NCBI GenBank assembly: GCA_049322215.1
Contig: JBMORU010000001.1
Span: 836,023-900,022, forward strand
Reading direction: 5' to 3'
DNA length: 64,000 nt
Source: Patescibacteria group bacterium
GTDB taxonomy: Bacteria > Patescibacteriota > WWE3 > UBA101185 > UBA10185
Below the pieces are notes generated by a model. The model did not search any database, was not told the DNA's origin, and worked only from the letters and a program-made list of their open reading frames with translations. Below, in pieces: positions 10,034 through 20,249 of this stretch (its first letter is position 1; each line of letters opens with the position of its first letter). The position numbers were made by a program, and so were the translations under genes.

Positions 10034-11338
10034 ATGAAAATAAGGGAAAACACTACTATAATAAACTATGCGATTGGTATCCTAAAAAAGTGGAATAATC
10101 ATATTGTAAATTACAGTGTTGACGACAGCACAAGATTAAAAATGTTAATTTTATTGCTATTTACCTTCTTTTTTGGAATGCATCTTATTATTTCTGGGCA
10201 TAACGAATATGTAAACCAAACTGCAGCCTGGTTAAACGGAAAACTAGATATTCCTATGGCGCACTGCGGTGTTGATTCAGTAATTAAAAATGGTAAGTGC
10301 TATTGGACTTTAGGGCCTGCACCTTCTGTGTTATTACTACCCATGGTGGTACTTCTGGGTAGCAAATACTATTACTCGCAAAATATTTTAAATACTGTTT
10401 CAATTTTCTTAAGCTTTGTTTTTGCCTATAAAATAGCAACTAAACTAAAGGCTTCTAAAACTAAATCTATTCTACTTGCTGCTACTTTAATATTTGCTAG
10501 TACGTATATAAACGTATTAACAACACCTACTGGTTGGGCAATAGCCCACTCAACAACTGTGCTTTTTTCCTTGTTAGCCATATATGAATATTTAGATAAA
10601 AGACGACTTTTTTTAATTGGTTTACTCGTAGCTGTAGCAACAGCAACACGCATAACAACGGGGTTAGGAATAATTTTCTTTATTTATTCTGAAATTAATA
10701 GTAAATCAGACTTTAGCAAAAAAATTGCCAATGTATTAAAACTAACACTACCTGTTGGTTTAACAGTATTACTACTAACTGGCTTCAATGTTGCTAGATT
10801 TGGTAATGTTGCTGAGAGCGGTTATATATACCTTGCTGATAATATTTATTTCCCGTTGCTTGAGCAATACTACAATGAGCCAGTTTACCACACCTTGTTT
10901 CATATAAGTAATGTACCTAAAAATTTTGCAACTTACTTTTTAACAACAATTGGTAGGGGAGTACTTGGCTTAAATATTAATTTTTTTCTTGTATCTTTGC
11001 CATTTTTATACGTTTTTAAAACTAAAATTTCAGATAAATATGTGAAAGAGGCCTTAACAACTTCGTTTTTGATTTTAGTTGTATTGTTGAGTTACTATTG
11101 GCCGGGGGCTGATCAGCTAGGACCAAGATATACATTAGATTTATTGCCTTTTTTATATATACCTTTGTGTGTGTCACTAAGAAATAGTAAAAAAATATTA
11201 CTTTTTAAGTTACTTATGCTGTTATCAATATTTATAAATTCAACTATTATAGGGTATAAAGAAGTGTATGTTTTAACTAATCCCGAAACTATAGCCTGGT
11301 ATTTACAACATAGGAGTACGTTAACTGAAATAAACTGA
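10034..11338 (+). CDS. Polytopic membrane protein, GT-C glycosyltransferase-like
   Basis: About 10 TM helices, NVARFG, GPRYTLD. Confidence 0.65.
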   Translation: MKIRENTTIINYAIGILKKWNNHIVNYSVDDSTRLKMLILLLFTFFFGMHLIISGHNEYVNQTAAWLNGKLDIPMAHCGVDSVIKNGKCYWTLGPAPSVLLLPMVVLLGSKYYYSQNILNTVSIFLSFVFAYKIATKLKASKTKSILLAATLIFASTYINVLTTPTGWAIAHSTTVLFSLLAIYEYLDKRRLFLIGLLVAVATATRITTGLGIIFFIYSEINSKSDFSKKIANVLKLTLPVGLTVLLLTGFNVARFGNVAESGYIYLADNIYFPLLEQYYNEPVYHTLFHISNVPKNFATYFLTTIGRGVLGLNINFFLVSLPFLYVFKTKISDKYVKEALTTSFLILVVLLSYYWPGADQLGPRYTLDLLPFLYIPLCVSLRNSKKILLFKLLMLLSIFINSTIIGYKEVYVLTNPETIAWYLQHRSTLTEIN

Positions 11339-11377
11339 ACCACAATAGAATTTTTTACAGTGTGATAGACTTATTTA

Positions 11378-11464
11378 ATGACTCCAAGAAAATTTTTTGT
11401 AGGAAGAGCTATAGGATTAATTATTGTTTTACTTTTAGCAATAATATGGTTTATTTTTAATTAG
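11378..11464 (+). CDS. 28-aa single-TM microprotein
   Basis: MTPRKFFVGRAIGLIIVLLLAIIWFIFN*; TGaTAGACT extended -10 just upstream. Confidence 0.5.
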   Translation: MTPRKFFVGRAIGLIIVLLLAIIWFIFN

Positions 11465-11522
11465 GCTTACTTATCATTAAAATCCTATTGTAAAGGATAT
11501 TTACAGAGAATATCATTAAGCA

Positions 11523-12461
11523 ATGATGGTAAAAGCTACTAAAGTCGTAACATTTCTATTTCTGCTGGCAGTATTTTCCACTTTTACTTACTTTTCATTT
11601 AGTAAAGTAACTACAAAATTTATTAAAGACTTTAATCGCTCAATGCTTCAAAGCGAAATTGAAACAGTAAAAACGGCGTTCTCACGTAGAACTGAAACAA
11701 TAGCACGCCTAAACGCAGACTGGTCTCAATGGGACGATTCTTATCAATTTGTGCAAGACTTAAACAATTCGTATATAGAAGCAAACTTAGTTGATGAAAC
11801 ATTTCAAAGTGCAAACCTTAATATGATTTTATTTTTTGATCGCAACGGCAACATAGTTTATAAAAAGGCTAGAAGCTTAGGCGGAATAGGCGATACATCA
11901 ATACCAGCAGAAGTTTTTAATTACACCACCAACAATAATAGAATCAACATTCAAGAAATAATTAGCTCTGGAAAACAGCAAACAGGGTTTTTAAGTACAA
12001 CTCAAGGAACATTTATTTTTGCTGTAAGTCCAATTATAACAAGTGAAGGAGAAGGTCCCGCAATGGGTGCTTTAATGATGGCGCGCTATTTTAACAACAC
12101 TGACCTGGAAGAACTAAAACAATACACGGGATTCAATTTAGATTTTGTAGAACACACTAGTTTAGGAAATTGGCAGCACCCGGAAGTAACATATAAAGAT
12201 ATAGAAAAAAGAGATTTTGTAGTTGAAAAAAATGATGTTTTCTCAGTATATACACTAACTAAAGATTCCTGGGGTAATGACGCAAAAGTAATAAACTTGC
12301 AGCATAAAATTGTAGGGCTTAACTATGTAAAAAAGCTAACATTAACTTTAACGGCAATTTCAGGCATAGTAACAGGATTGTTTGGATTAACTGTGCTGTC
12401 TGCACGTTCTACTAAAGATTTATACGAAATGGAAGAGAAAGTTATTAAAAACGTAATTTAA
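11523..12461 (+). CDS. CHASE4 sensor-domain membrane protein lacking an output domain
   Basis: TM-(DWSQWDDSYQFV...YIEANL...PIITSEGEGPAMGALMMARY)-TM with a short tail. Confidence 0.8.
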   Translation: MMVKATKVVTFLFLLAVFSTFTYFSFSKVTTKFIKDFNRSMLQSEIETVKTAFSRRTETIARLNADWSQWDDSYQFVQDLNNSYIEANLVDETFQSANLNMILFFDRNGNIVYKKARSLGGIGDTSIPAEVFNYTTNNNRINIQEIISSGKQQTGFLSTTQGTFIFAVSPIITSEGEGPAMGALMMARYFNNTDLEELKQYTGFNLDFVEHTSLGNWQHPEVTYKDIEKRDFVVEKNDVFSVYTLTKDSWGNDAKVINLQHKIVGLNYVKKLTLTLTAISGIVTGLFGLTVLSARSTKDLYEMEEKVIKNVI

Positions 12462-12931
12462 CTAAGCGGCAAACTAATACTTGACCAGCTTTGTAGTAGT
12501 AAAAAAAGCAGCACAATAGATACAACCAAAACTACTTGCATAGTCACTTGTAAAATTATAAATACCTTCTGCTCTGAAATGTTTCCAAAAATATTCCTTA
12601 AACTTTCAAAATGAGCATTTATATAGTGAGGGTGATGCTTTGGTTGAATAAACTGTTGTAAAAAGTAATACAAAGTTTCACCAGCACTACGTACCAACCA
12701 AAAAACCACAAAAAACAACAACCAAAGTTTAAAGTCCCCAAAAATAATAGTGACTATAGAAATACCAATATGAAAAAGACTAAATACAAGTAAATCTTCC
12801 CAAACAAAGGCACCTATAAAAAACCCCCAACGGTAAATAAAATCGCAACCTTTTTTGTTGGAACGAACCTTTTTAATAGACAAAAAAAATAAAATTAAGC
12901 AAATCGCTACCCAAATGTATAAAAGAATCAT
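12458..12931 (-). CDS. Hypothetical membrane protein
   Basis: About 4 TM helices; extended -10 just upstream. Confidence 0.7.
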   Translation of the reverse strand: MILLYIWVAICLILFFLSIKKVRSNKKGCDFIYRWGFFIGAFVWEDLLVFSLFHIGISIVTIIFGDFKLWLLFFVVFWLVRSAGETLYYFLQQFIQPKHHPHYINAHFESLRNIFGNISEQKVFIILQVTMQVVLVVSIVLLFLLLQSWSSISLPLS

Positions 12932-12971
12932 AAGCTAAGTATAGCAAGCCAAAGGTATTCATTCGCAATAC

Positions 12972-13044
12972 CCCATAGTGTTGACCTGAAGACTGTATTA
13001 ACCTATAATATTTACACCTAAATATCACACATAAGGAGATCAAA
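12972..13044 (+). promoter_or_regulatory. Dispersed-unit promoter/leader
   Basis: CCCATAGTG-TTGACC-N17-TATAAT ... AAATATCACACATAAGGAG. Confidence 0.8.
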
Positions 13045-13425
13045 ATGATCAATAAAACAACGTTATTCCACGCGCTTTTGGGTCTTTTGCTGACAGCAGT
13101 GTTACTGATTGCCTGTGGCCCGCAACCAACATCAGAAGTTACAACAGTTTATGTTGTTAACGAAGAGACTATTGGGGAGGACGGCTGGGAAGACATTGGA
13201 GACGAATTCAGCGTAGCGGGATTTTCAGTTGAATTCAAATTTTGGGGAACTTCCACGTCATATGGATGCCTAACCTTTGTTTACCTAAATGATAAAAAGG
13301 TAGATGCATGTTCTGGTGAGGCATTAGCAGCTGAAACGGCCACTGAAATTTGGTACTTCCGTCACGCATATGATGCCGGAGGGTTAACCACAGAACATCT
13401 TCAGCGAAAAATCGTACAAAAGTAA
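13045..13425 (+). CDS. Orphan lipoprotein (dispersed unit)
   Basis: Lipobox LIAC after a hydrophobic stretch; AAGGAG SD. Confidence 0.75.
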   Translation: MINKTTLFHALLGLLLTAVLLIACGPQPTSEVTTVYVVNEETIGEDGWEDIGDEFSVAGFSVEFKFWGTSTSYGCLTFVYLNDKKVDACSGEALAAETATEIWYFRHAYDAGGLTTEHLQRKIVQK

Positions 13426-13432
13426 CTGACTT

Positions 13433-13477
13433 TGGCAGAGTTTGGATTTACAAAAACCCAAACCCTGCCATTTTTTT
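13433..13477 (+). terminator. Long-stem hairpin plus T-tract
   Basis: TGGCAGAGTTTGG...CCAAACCCTGCCA-T7. Confidence 0.75.
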
Positions 13478-13550
13478 AGTAGTGTTACAACTACTATATA
13501 TCTCCCTGTTATAATTTAACTAGCATAAACAAAATTCTAAGGAGCAGTAA

Positions 13551-14141
13551 GTGAAAAAAAGCGTAAAAGAGTTTTTAAACATTTTTATAGTAGTAATATT
13601 AGCTACTTTCATCACTCTATATCTATATAAAAGCAATAATGACTATGTAAAAAATTCAGTACAACAGATAGTAATCCTTCCAAATAAAAGTGAGTGCGAC
13701 TATGGTGTTTTCGATTATCCATACAAAGAACATACAGTTACTCCAGGAGAATCAATACTGTCAATAGCTACAAAAGAGTTAAGTGATAGCTCCAGAGTAG
13801 GGGAAATAATTAAACTAAATAAATCAAAATATCCTACATTACTAAGCAACCCACAAAATTTAGAAATTGGTTGGAAATTAATGATACCCGAAAAGGACAT
13901 TTCAGTTAACGAATCCTCGGAAATAAAAGTATTTAAAGGGCATATACATCAAACTCACTCATTACACAACGGCGGGGTTGTCGTGAGTGTTGACGAAAAT
14001 GGTTCAACAACATATCTATATGCTAAAAACGGGTCTAAGTATTCAAACTACGGCTTAATATCGCCGGGAACCTGCTTTGAAGCAAAAGTTTTAAATAATA
14101 AAGATAATACAAATTCAATTATTACGTTAGATTTAAAATAA
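13551..14141 (+). CDS. LysM-domain membrane-anchored protein
   Basis: N-terminal TM; HTVTPGESILSIA...IIKLN...LEIGWKLMIP. Confidence 0.85.
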   Translation: MKKSVKEFLNIFIVVILATFITLYLYKSNNDYVKNSVQQIVILPNKSECDYGVFDYPYKEHTVTPGESILSIATKELSDSSRVGEIIKLNKSKYPTLLSNPQNLEIGWKLMIPEKDISVNESSEIKVFKGHIHQTHSLHNGGVVVSVDENGSTTYLYAKNGSKYSNYGLISPGTCFEAKVLNNKDNTNSIITLDLK

Positions 14142-14189
14142 ACCTCTAAACAGCTATGGTATAACCTTTAGAAACGTTATAATTTTCAC

Positions 14190-14618
14190 ATGCAGCATAT
14201 CCAGATAATTCCGGGCAGGTTAGAAGAGATTCAGAAATTTGAAAAAATAGAATGGGATAAGTTTGATGTTAAAAATTGGGGCAAGGTAAAAGATTGGAAA
14301 CTTATTGATTACAAGTTTTGTGCCGTAGTAGAAGAAATCACTACAGGTATAATATATGGAAAATTTGAAGCCGGAAGTTGCTACATAGATACACTAATAG
14401 TAGCTGATGCATTTAGAAATATGGGCATTGGCACTAAATTAATTAAACACGTAGAAGAATGGACTAAAGATCATGAGGGTATAAAGACTTGGCTTTTAAC
14501 ACAGAAAGATTGGCAAGCTAACAAATTTTATATAAAGCAAGGTTACAACTCGGCAGTTATATTAAAAAAGCATTTCTTAGGACAGGATTACGTACTGTAC
14601 GAAAAGTTTTTAGACTAG
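14190..14618 (+). CDS. GNAT N-acetyltransferase
   Basis: LIVADAFRNMGIGTKLI...ANKFYIKQGY. Confidence 0.9.
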   Translation: MQHIQIIPGRLEEIQKFEKIEWDKFDVKNWGKVKDWKLIDYKFCAVVEEITTGIIYGKFEAGSCYIDTLIVADAFRNMGIGTKLIKHVEEWTKDHEGIKTWLLTQKDWQANKFYIKQGYNSAVILKKHFLGQDYVLYEKFLD

Positions 14619-15151
14619 CGAATTTTTATTAAGGTACCGTTTTCTACTTTATACACATTAGAGGCTTTTCCCTCTATGTAACCCGCATCTACATAAAAAT
14701 CTACTTTTTCACCAAAATAATCCTGAGCTTCTGTTATACTTTTTGCGTAAGGTTTTTTATGTACGTTTGCACTAGTAGAAACTAAAGGACCCGTTAAACT
14801 TAGTACTTTAAGCAAATATTCTTTATTCGGTAATCGAAAAGATCGTGTGATTCCATTGGCTGTACTAAAAATTAGGGTGTTAGGGCCAGGCCAGTATTTG
14901 CTTATTAAGGATTTTTCGTAGTCACCTATATTTAAATTAAAAATATCCAAGTCTTTAATGCTTGAAATTAGGGTTATACAGGGACTTGATGCAGGGCGTT
15001 TTTTAATTTCGTAAATTTTATCAGTTAGGTCTTTGCTTAAAGCCTTACAGTGTAGTCCATATATAGTATCTGTAGGCATTACTCCTATTGCGCCGGAATT
15101 TAGCAACTCAGCTATTTTATTTATGTCTTGGATTGATAATATTGAAGGCAC
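14615..15151 (-). CDS. tsaC: L-threonylcarbamoyladenylate synthase (YrdC/Sua5)
   Basis: PTDTIYGL, KKRP, WPGPNT, STSAN. Confidence 0.92.
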   Translation of the reverse strand: MPSILSIQDINKIAELLNSGAIGVMPTDTIYGLHCKALSKDLTDKIYEIKKRPASSPCITLISSIKDLDIFNLNIGDYEKSLISKYWPGPNTLIFSTANGITRSFRLPNKEYLLKVLSLTGPLVSTSANVHKKPYAKSITEAQDYFGEKVDFYVDAGYIEGKASNVYKVENGTLIKIR

Positions 15152-15161
15152 AGTAAATAGG

Positions 15162-15602
15162 TTACATTTTCTGTAAACGATCTCTAGCCATTTTTCCTAT
15201 ATAAGGAATTTCGTACTCTTCATTATTATATGACTTGTACATTAAAACCACCCAAAAATACATGTATGCCAAAAATATAGCAGGTCCCAAAAGTACACCT
15301 ATAAAAACTACAGATAAAAATCCTGAGGCTAACATTCCCATTAAACCAACAACACCCATTATTGCAGACTGCATTGCATGAAACCTTACAAATGGGTTTT
15401 CTTTTTCTAAATGAAGAACAACAAACCCTGATAAAGGAGATACTGCATATGACAATGCTGCTAAAACATTAGGTTCTAAACCGGTGGTGTTTGTTTGAAC
15501 AGTATTACCTACTGGTTCAGATGTGGCACTAGGTGATGGAGAAACAGGCTGGGGAGAATTTGTTTGATTTTGCATATTATTTTGTTCTAAGTTGTCTTGC
15601 AT
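15162..15602 (-). CDS. DUF4870/Tic20-like membrane protein
   Basis: LAALSY...EKENPFVRFHAMQS...IPYIG. Confidence 0.8.
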   Translation of the reverse strand: MQDNLEQNNMQNQTNSPQPVSPSPSATSEPVGNTVQTNTTGLEPNVLAALSYAVSPLSGFVVLHLEKENPFVRFHAMQSAIMGVVGLMGMLASGFLSVVFIGVLLGPAIFLAYMYFWVVLMYKSYNNEEYEIPYIGKMARDRLQKM

Positions 15603-15682
15603 ATCTAAATACTACGCTGGCAGAAATTTTTTGTAAAGCTATACCAAAAAACTTAGGGCAAGAAATATGGTAGTATAAATTT

Positions 15683-15928
15683 ATGCAAACTTTTCCTGAT
15701 AAATGGGTTCAGCACGAGAAACTAACAAGAAAAGTGAAAACCGCTGACTTTGTTAGTGCTGTAGAACTAATTAATAAAATATGCGAAATATCTGAAAAGC
15801 ATAATCATCATCCAAACTTGTGCCTTGATAATTATAATGAACTAACTATAGAAGTTTACACACATGATGCACAGAAAATCACCGAAAAAGATATTGCCCT
15901 TGCAAACGAATTGGAAAAACTCCTTTAA
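15683..15928 (+). CDS. Pterin-4-alpha-carbinolamine dehydratase family protein
   Basis: HNHHPNL...YTHD...ITEKDIALA. Confidence 0.9.
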   Translation: MQTFPDKWVQHEKLTRKVKTADFVSAVELINKICEISEKHNHHPNLCLDNYNELTIEVYTHDAQKITEKDIALANELEKLL

Positions 15929-15929
15929 T

Positions 15930-16595
15930 TTATATACTTATCGATAAAAAGCTTTTCACATCTATTACACCCGCAGTGTATTCTGCAGCATTTTCTATTG
16001 CGCGTTTTTCGAGCCAGCTACTCACAGTACCTGATAAAGTAACGTGACCCCCATCTACTTCTACATAAATTTCGTCTGAAGTTGAGGATTGCAATCTGTT
16101 AATAGCCGACATAATGTCATCAGCAATGAGTTTGTCTTCAACGTCAGCTGAAGGCACTACTGCTAATCTATTTATTACACTAATAACCCCCATTATTGGC
16201 GTAATAAGTCGTTCTGCATGAAGTTTTTTCCAATAAGCATCTACAGTTCCTTCTAGGGTAACAATACCTTTGTCTACTGACACATCAATTTCAAAGGAAT
16301 AGACATCTGTGTCCCAAAGAATAACGTTATCAGCACTATTTTTTATTTCTTCATCTGAGGGCATTTCTATTGAATCCGGATAACTTACAGTAAGTTGATT
16401 ATTAACAGCTTTTACTCCTGGAATTGCGAAAGCACTGCTTTCTGCAGCTTTACTTATTGAGTAAAAGTTAACTGTGCCTGTAAGCGTTGCTTCACCATTC
16501 TCAACTGTTACTTTCACATCTGAAGCGTCCACAGAAGAGTTCCACTCTAACTCATTAACTATATCAACTTTAATTTGTTCGTCAGTTCTAACCAT
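15930..16595 (-). CDS. Triple BON-domain (OsmY-like) protein
   Basis: Three V.V..G.VTL.GTV...GV..V.N.L repeats. Confidence 0.9.
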   Translation of the reverse strand: MVRTDEQIKVDIVNELEWNSSVDASDVKVTVENGEATLTGTVNFYSISKAAESSAFAIPGVKAVNNQLTVSYPDSIEMPSDEEIKNSADNVILWDTDVYSFEIDVSVDKGIVTLEGTVDAYWKKLHAERLITPIMGVISVINRLAVVPSADVEDKLIADDIMSAINRLQSSTSDEIYVEVDGGHVTLSGTVSSWLEKRAIENAAEYTAGVIDVKSFLSISI

Positions 16596-16737
16596 AATCC
16601 CACCTCCATATGTAAACTTTATACAAAATGTATTTTAGTCTCTATGTTATAAACAGTAATACACACAAATTAAAACAAATTTAAATTGTTGTAAGACTTA
16701 AATAAGAAATATGGCTTATTAAGCAAAGCTTATAAAA

Positions 16738-17151
16738 TTAACCTAATTGCTTAGACTGTTCTACCAATTGTTCTCTTGGTATATCCTCATTGGGAATTTC
16801 TTGCTTTGAAATTATTGTTAATCCTGTTAAAAGTTTTCTAAGTTCAAGAGATTCTCCTCTTTTTAGGTACGAAATAGGTTCGGGATTATGTTCATAGCCT
16901 TCTATTTCAAAAACTATTGTGGCAAAAAAGACTCCTGTTGTAACAGTTACAGTTTTTATATCTTTAATTAAAATTGGAAACTCAGTTTTAAGTAACGGTA
17001 AGTAATTTCTTACAATAACAATTTTCTTTCTATAAACTTCAATTCTATCCGGAAATAAAGTGAAAGGAAAAACAGTGCTAGCAATCATAAGTGGATTACT
17101 TTCTTTAGATACCAACTTGTTAACTTGTTCTTCTATATGATTTTCTGGCAT
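16738..17151 (-). CDS. Hypothetical protein, bacterial PH-like
   Basis: FPFTLFPDRIEV...IKTVTVTTGVFFATI. Confidence 0.6.
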   Translation of the reverse strand: MPENHIEEQVNKLVSKESNPLMIASTVFPFTLFPDRIEVYRKKIVIVRNYLPLLKTEFPILIKDIKTVTVTTGVFFATIVFEIEGYEHNPEPISYLKRGESLELRKLLTGLTIISKQEIPNEDIPREQLVEQSKQLG

Positions 17152-17154
17152 GGC

Positions 17155-18306
17155 TTAATACCTTAGTGTGGCAGCAATACCGCTAGAAATAGCTAATTGT
17201 TCTTCGGTTACTTTATAAACCTCTCCACCATTTTTTAAAGTTAAAACTATTGCAATGTTCATTAAATCAGTGGATTCTCTTCTTTTTCGTTTATCAATCA
17301 CTGCTGCGCTTGTTGACTCGTTAAACAAGCCCCATGTGTCATTAAAATTATTAATAAATAAAGTATCTACACGACCAAAAGCGGCTGATTTCAAAATATC
17401 GGTTAAAACTGTAAGTGAGTCACCAGTATTATTTTTGTATTTATCTATAGCAAGTTCTTCCTTTGAAACATATTCTTTTTCTACTAGCTGACGAGTTTTG
17501 CCTAAAAATTTCATTCTATCGCTTTTTGTATCAGGATTTCCATTTACATGTGCTTCAACCAAATGTGGATAATTATTAACTTTTTTATACTTTGCAAAAA
17601 TAGTGTCTGTGCAAATTAACACCAAAGGTAAATCATAGTTAGATATAATTTTGTTTACGTGGTTATCCAAGCGTTCTAAATAGCGTTGAAGTAAAGCATC
17701 GGTGCCATCTTTTATAGAACCATGCCCGTGAAACACTACACCACCCGTTGCACCACTTGATACAGCAATAGGTTTTGTAGCATGAAATTGTATTGATTTA
17801 TCAATATCAACTTCTGCAGGTAAAATTTCGGATCTAGAAATTAAGTCATAGCTACTATCAGCTACTGCATACAAAAAGTTCTTTTTTGGACTAACTGCCA
17901 AAACATAATACTGCGTGCTTTCACTTAAATAAGGTACTAAATGTTTAATGTTGAAATAAACCCCTAAATAAAACTTAGATGGAGTACTTTGTGGCAAAGC
18001 TACCGCTAGTTGCGTACTTTCTGAAATAATAAATAGCATGCTAGACGATGTTGTTTTCCAAAAATCTTCGGCAGAACTTAATTCTTCAATAGGGGATAAG
18101 TATTCAGTAATTTCAGGATTACGAAGTCCACGTGCGTATAATTTAGCACGTACTTCAGTCAAAAGATTTTTTAAGCGTATTCTAGCCTTGTCGTTACTTT
18201 CCCAGCGTCTATGCGTGTTTAAATAAACGGTTATAGCAGGAAATTTTTGTCTCTCTATCATTTCAGCTAAGTATTTTTTTAATTCATATGTTTTTATGAC
18301 TTTCAT
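17155..18306 (-). CDS. baeRF3-like (bacterial archaeo-eukaryotic release factor family) protein
   Basis: ITVYLNTHR...RIRLKNL, FHGHG, GNPD, GRVDTLF, GGEVY, GIAATLRY. Confidence 0.8.
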   Translation of the reverse strand: MKVIKTYELKKYLAEMIERQKFPAITVYLNTHRRWESNDKARIRLKNLLTEVRAKLYARGLRNPEITEYLSPIEELSSAEDFWKTTSSSMLFIISESTQLAVALPQSTPSKFYLGVYFNIKHLVPYLSESTQYYVLAVSPKKNFLYAVADSSYDLISRSEILPAEVDIDKSIQFHATKPIAVSSGATGGVVFHGHGSIKDGTDALLQRYLERLDNHVNKIISNYDLPLVLICTDTIFAKYKKVNNYPHLVEAHVNGNPDTKSDRMKFLGKTRQLVEKEYVSKEELAIDKYKNNTGDSLTVLTDILKSAAFGRVDTLFINNFNDTWGLFNESTSAAVIDKRKRRESTDLMNIAIVLTLKNGGEVYKVTEEQLAISSGIAATLRY

Positions 18307-18904
18307 TTTCTATATTAGAAGATACATCAGTCAGTTCTAGGTCTGCCTCCCAAAGAATTCTAGAAACTTTTGTATTACCACTTTTAAGTAATGCTAAAAA
18401 TATGTGTTCTGGCTGTAGCATTGTGTTTCCCATATCTCTAGCCTCACTTAACGAGTTATTAAGTACAAATTCCACCTCCTCCGATAAATTTACAGAGTTG
18501 TTTTTGGAAAAAACATTAAATCCTACACCTTTTTCAGCGTGCTTAGGAATAATTGAGTGCAATAGTTTTAAGTTTGACCTATATATAGGAACTAGCTTTT
18601 CAACTACTGCTTCATGGCTGATTAAAGCTTGTAGCAAGTGTGTCACTCCAAGTGCGTTTGCATTATAAGAAAGAGTTATTGATCCAGCATTTTTTAAAAC
18701 ATCTTTCGATTCACTACTTAAATATCTTGATATATCTATATTAGGTACAGAATCAACTAAATCTGCTTCGTAGTTTAAATCGCGGCTAAATACAGTGTAT
18801 TCTCTAACAGTATCGTTAGATAATAAAGAAGCAAGTGATGTACCTTTTGAATTTTTAAATATACTTCTATTCATACGGTAATAATAACGAAGCAAAAAAT
18901 GCAT
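18284..18904 (-). CDS. Stand-alone Clp N-terminal (repeat) domain protein
   Basis: Two Clp-N repeats (GVTHLLQAL; EARDMG...PEHIFLALL); true start may be downstream. Confidence 0.75.
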   Translation of the reverse strand: MHFLLRYYYRMNRSIFKNSKGTSLASLLSNDTVREYTVFSRDLNYEADLVDSVPNIDISRYLSSESKDVLKNAGSITLSYNANALGVTHLLQALISHEAVVEKLVPIYRSNLKLLHSIIPKHAEKGVGFNVFSKNNSVNLSEEVEFVLNNSLSEARDMGNTMLQPEHIFLALLKSGNTKVSRILWEADLELTDVSSNIENESHKNI

Positions 18905-18937
18905 AAAATGAATTTTATGTAAGAAGAATGTAAAAAA

Positions 18938-19618
18938 TTATTCGTGAATAGAATAACCAAAACCAGGTGTAGTGTGAATGAGAGGAATTTCTGAGTTTTT
19001 ATCAATTTTTTCACGCAAGTACCCTATGTATACGTCAACAATTCTATCGGATACGTCCTCGGTAGTAGCCCAAACTCTATTTAAAATCATATCGCGGGTT
19101 AAAACTCTGTTGGCGTTTTCCATTAAGTACTGAAGTAAGCGGTACTCAGTTGGAGTCAAAATTATTTCACGATCCCCACGGTGTGCTCGTTTGGTATTGT
19201 CGTTTAGTACTAAATCAGCCACAACTAAATCCCCATTATCTTTGGTCGCTGTCTCCTGTGGAAGTAAAAATTTGTTTATGCGAGACATAAGCTCAGCTGG
19301 TACAATTGGATGCAACATAAACTCGCAGTTGTCGTGTTGTAACATTCTGGTAATTAAACTTTCGTCTTTTATAGCACTAATAATGATAATTGGAATATCA
19401 GGATATAAAGTATAAACTTCTGCATATAGAGTTTCGCCGTCAATATCTGAAAGCTCATATGCGCATATAATTAAGTCTGCGTCTAAATTATGGATATCTT
19501 CCAAAAACTTCAAACCCGATTTAAATAAAGTTACCTTAAAGCCTTTTTCTAACAGTAAGCGTTTGTAAAATTTTGCAAGGGAATCATCTTGTTGCACTAG
19601 AATAAGGTGTTTATTCAT
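18938..19618 (-). CDS. OmpR-family response regulator with degenerate receiver
   Basis: wHTH LTPTEYRLL...VDVYIGYLREK...GFGY; phospho-Asp position is Ala (DLIICAYEL). Confidence 0.9.
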   Translation of the reverse strand: MNKHLILVQQDDSLAKFYKRLLLEKGFKVTLFKSGLKFLEDIHNLDADLIICAYELSDIDGETLYAEVYTLYPDIPIIIISAIKDESLITRMLQHDNCEFMLHPIVPAELMSRINKFLLPQETATKDNGDLVVADLVLNDNTKRAHRGDREIILTPTEYRLLQYLMENANRVLTRDMILNRVWATTEDVSDRIVDVYIGYLREKIDKNSEIPLIHTTPGFGYSIHE

Positions 19619-19671
19619 TTAACTATTATACAGGAGCTGGTAGTTTTTGCTGCTACCACAATCACACTTCT

Positions 19672-19706
19672 CAAAAAACACCCCTTTATTTGAGGGGTGC
19701 TTTTTT
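19672..19706. terminator. Intrinsic terminator
   Basis: A-run-CACCCCTT/GAGGGGTG-T-run. Confidence 0.7.
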
Positions 19707-19725
19707 ATTTGTTTGCATGGAATGC

Positions 19726-20235
19726 CTACTCAGTTGCTGATTCTGTTTCAATATCTTGCCTAATTAGCTCTATAAGACCTTCTAATGTAAGTAGGGCATC
19801 TGCAGTATCTTCACGTGTGGTTTGTTCTAAAACTTCTAGTTCTGCATCAATATCCGCCAACTGCTCCTTAAATACACCTTCCGCAGTGTCATAGCTTGCT
19901 TGCACATCCTCTTGAAGTTCTGTAATTTCTTGCATTGTTTCATCTGTTACTTCATCTGCTAAAAAATCTGCTTGAATTGCAACTAAGCGCGCTTCTATTT
20001 GAGCACGCGTTGCCGCATAGTCAATTTCTTGCTCAGCTTCCATTGCAGCTTCTTCTGCTTCGTTTTCAAGCTCTTGAGCTTCTTGTGACACTTCTTGAGC
20101 TGTTTCTTCGGTTTGATCAACAACTGTAGGTACTAAGTCGTTTCCACTTCTATTAAAGGCGACCCAACCTATTAGTAAAGCAAGTACAGCTATAACTCCT
20201 ACAAAAACCATTAAACTACTGTTGTTTTCTTTCAT
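19726..20235 (-). CDS. Membrane-anchored acidic coiled-coil protein
   Basis: N-terminal TM, E/A/Q-rich helices, AGGAGG SD. Confidence 0.75.
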   Translation of the reverse strand: MKENNSSLMVFVGVIAVLALLIGWVAFNRSGNDLVPTVVDQTEETAQEVSQEAQELENEAEEAAMEAEQEIDYAATRAQIEARLVAIQADFLADEVTDETMQEITELQEDVQASYDTAEGVFKEQLADIDAELEVLEQTTREDTADALLTLEGLIELIRQDIETESATE

Positions 20236-20249
20236 TATTACCTCCTTAC

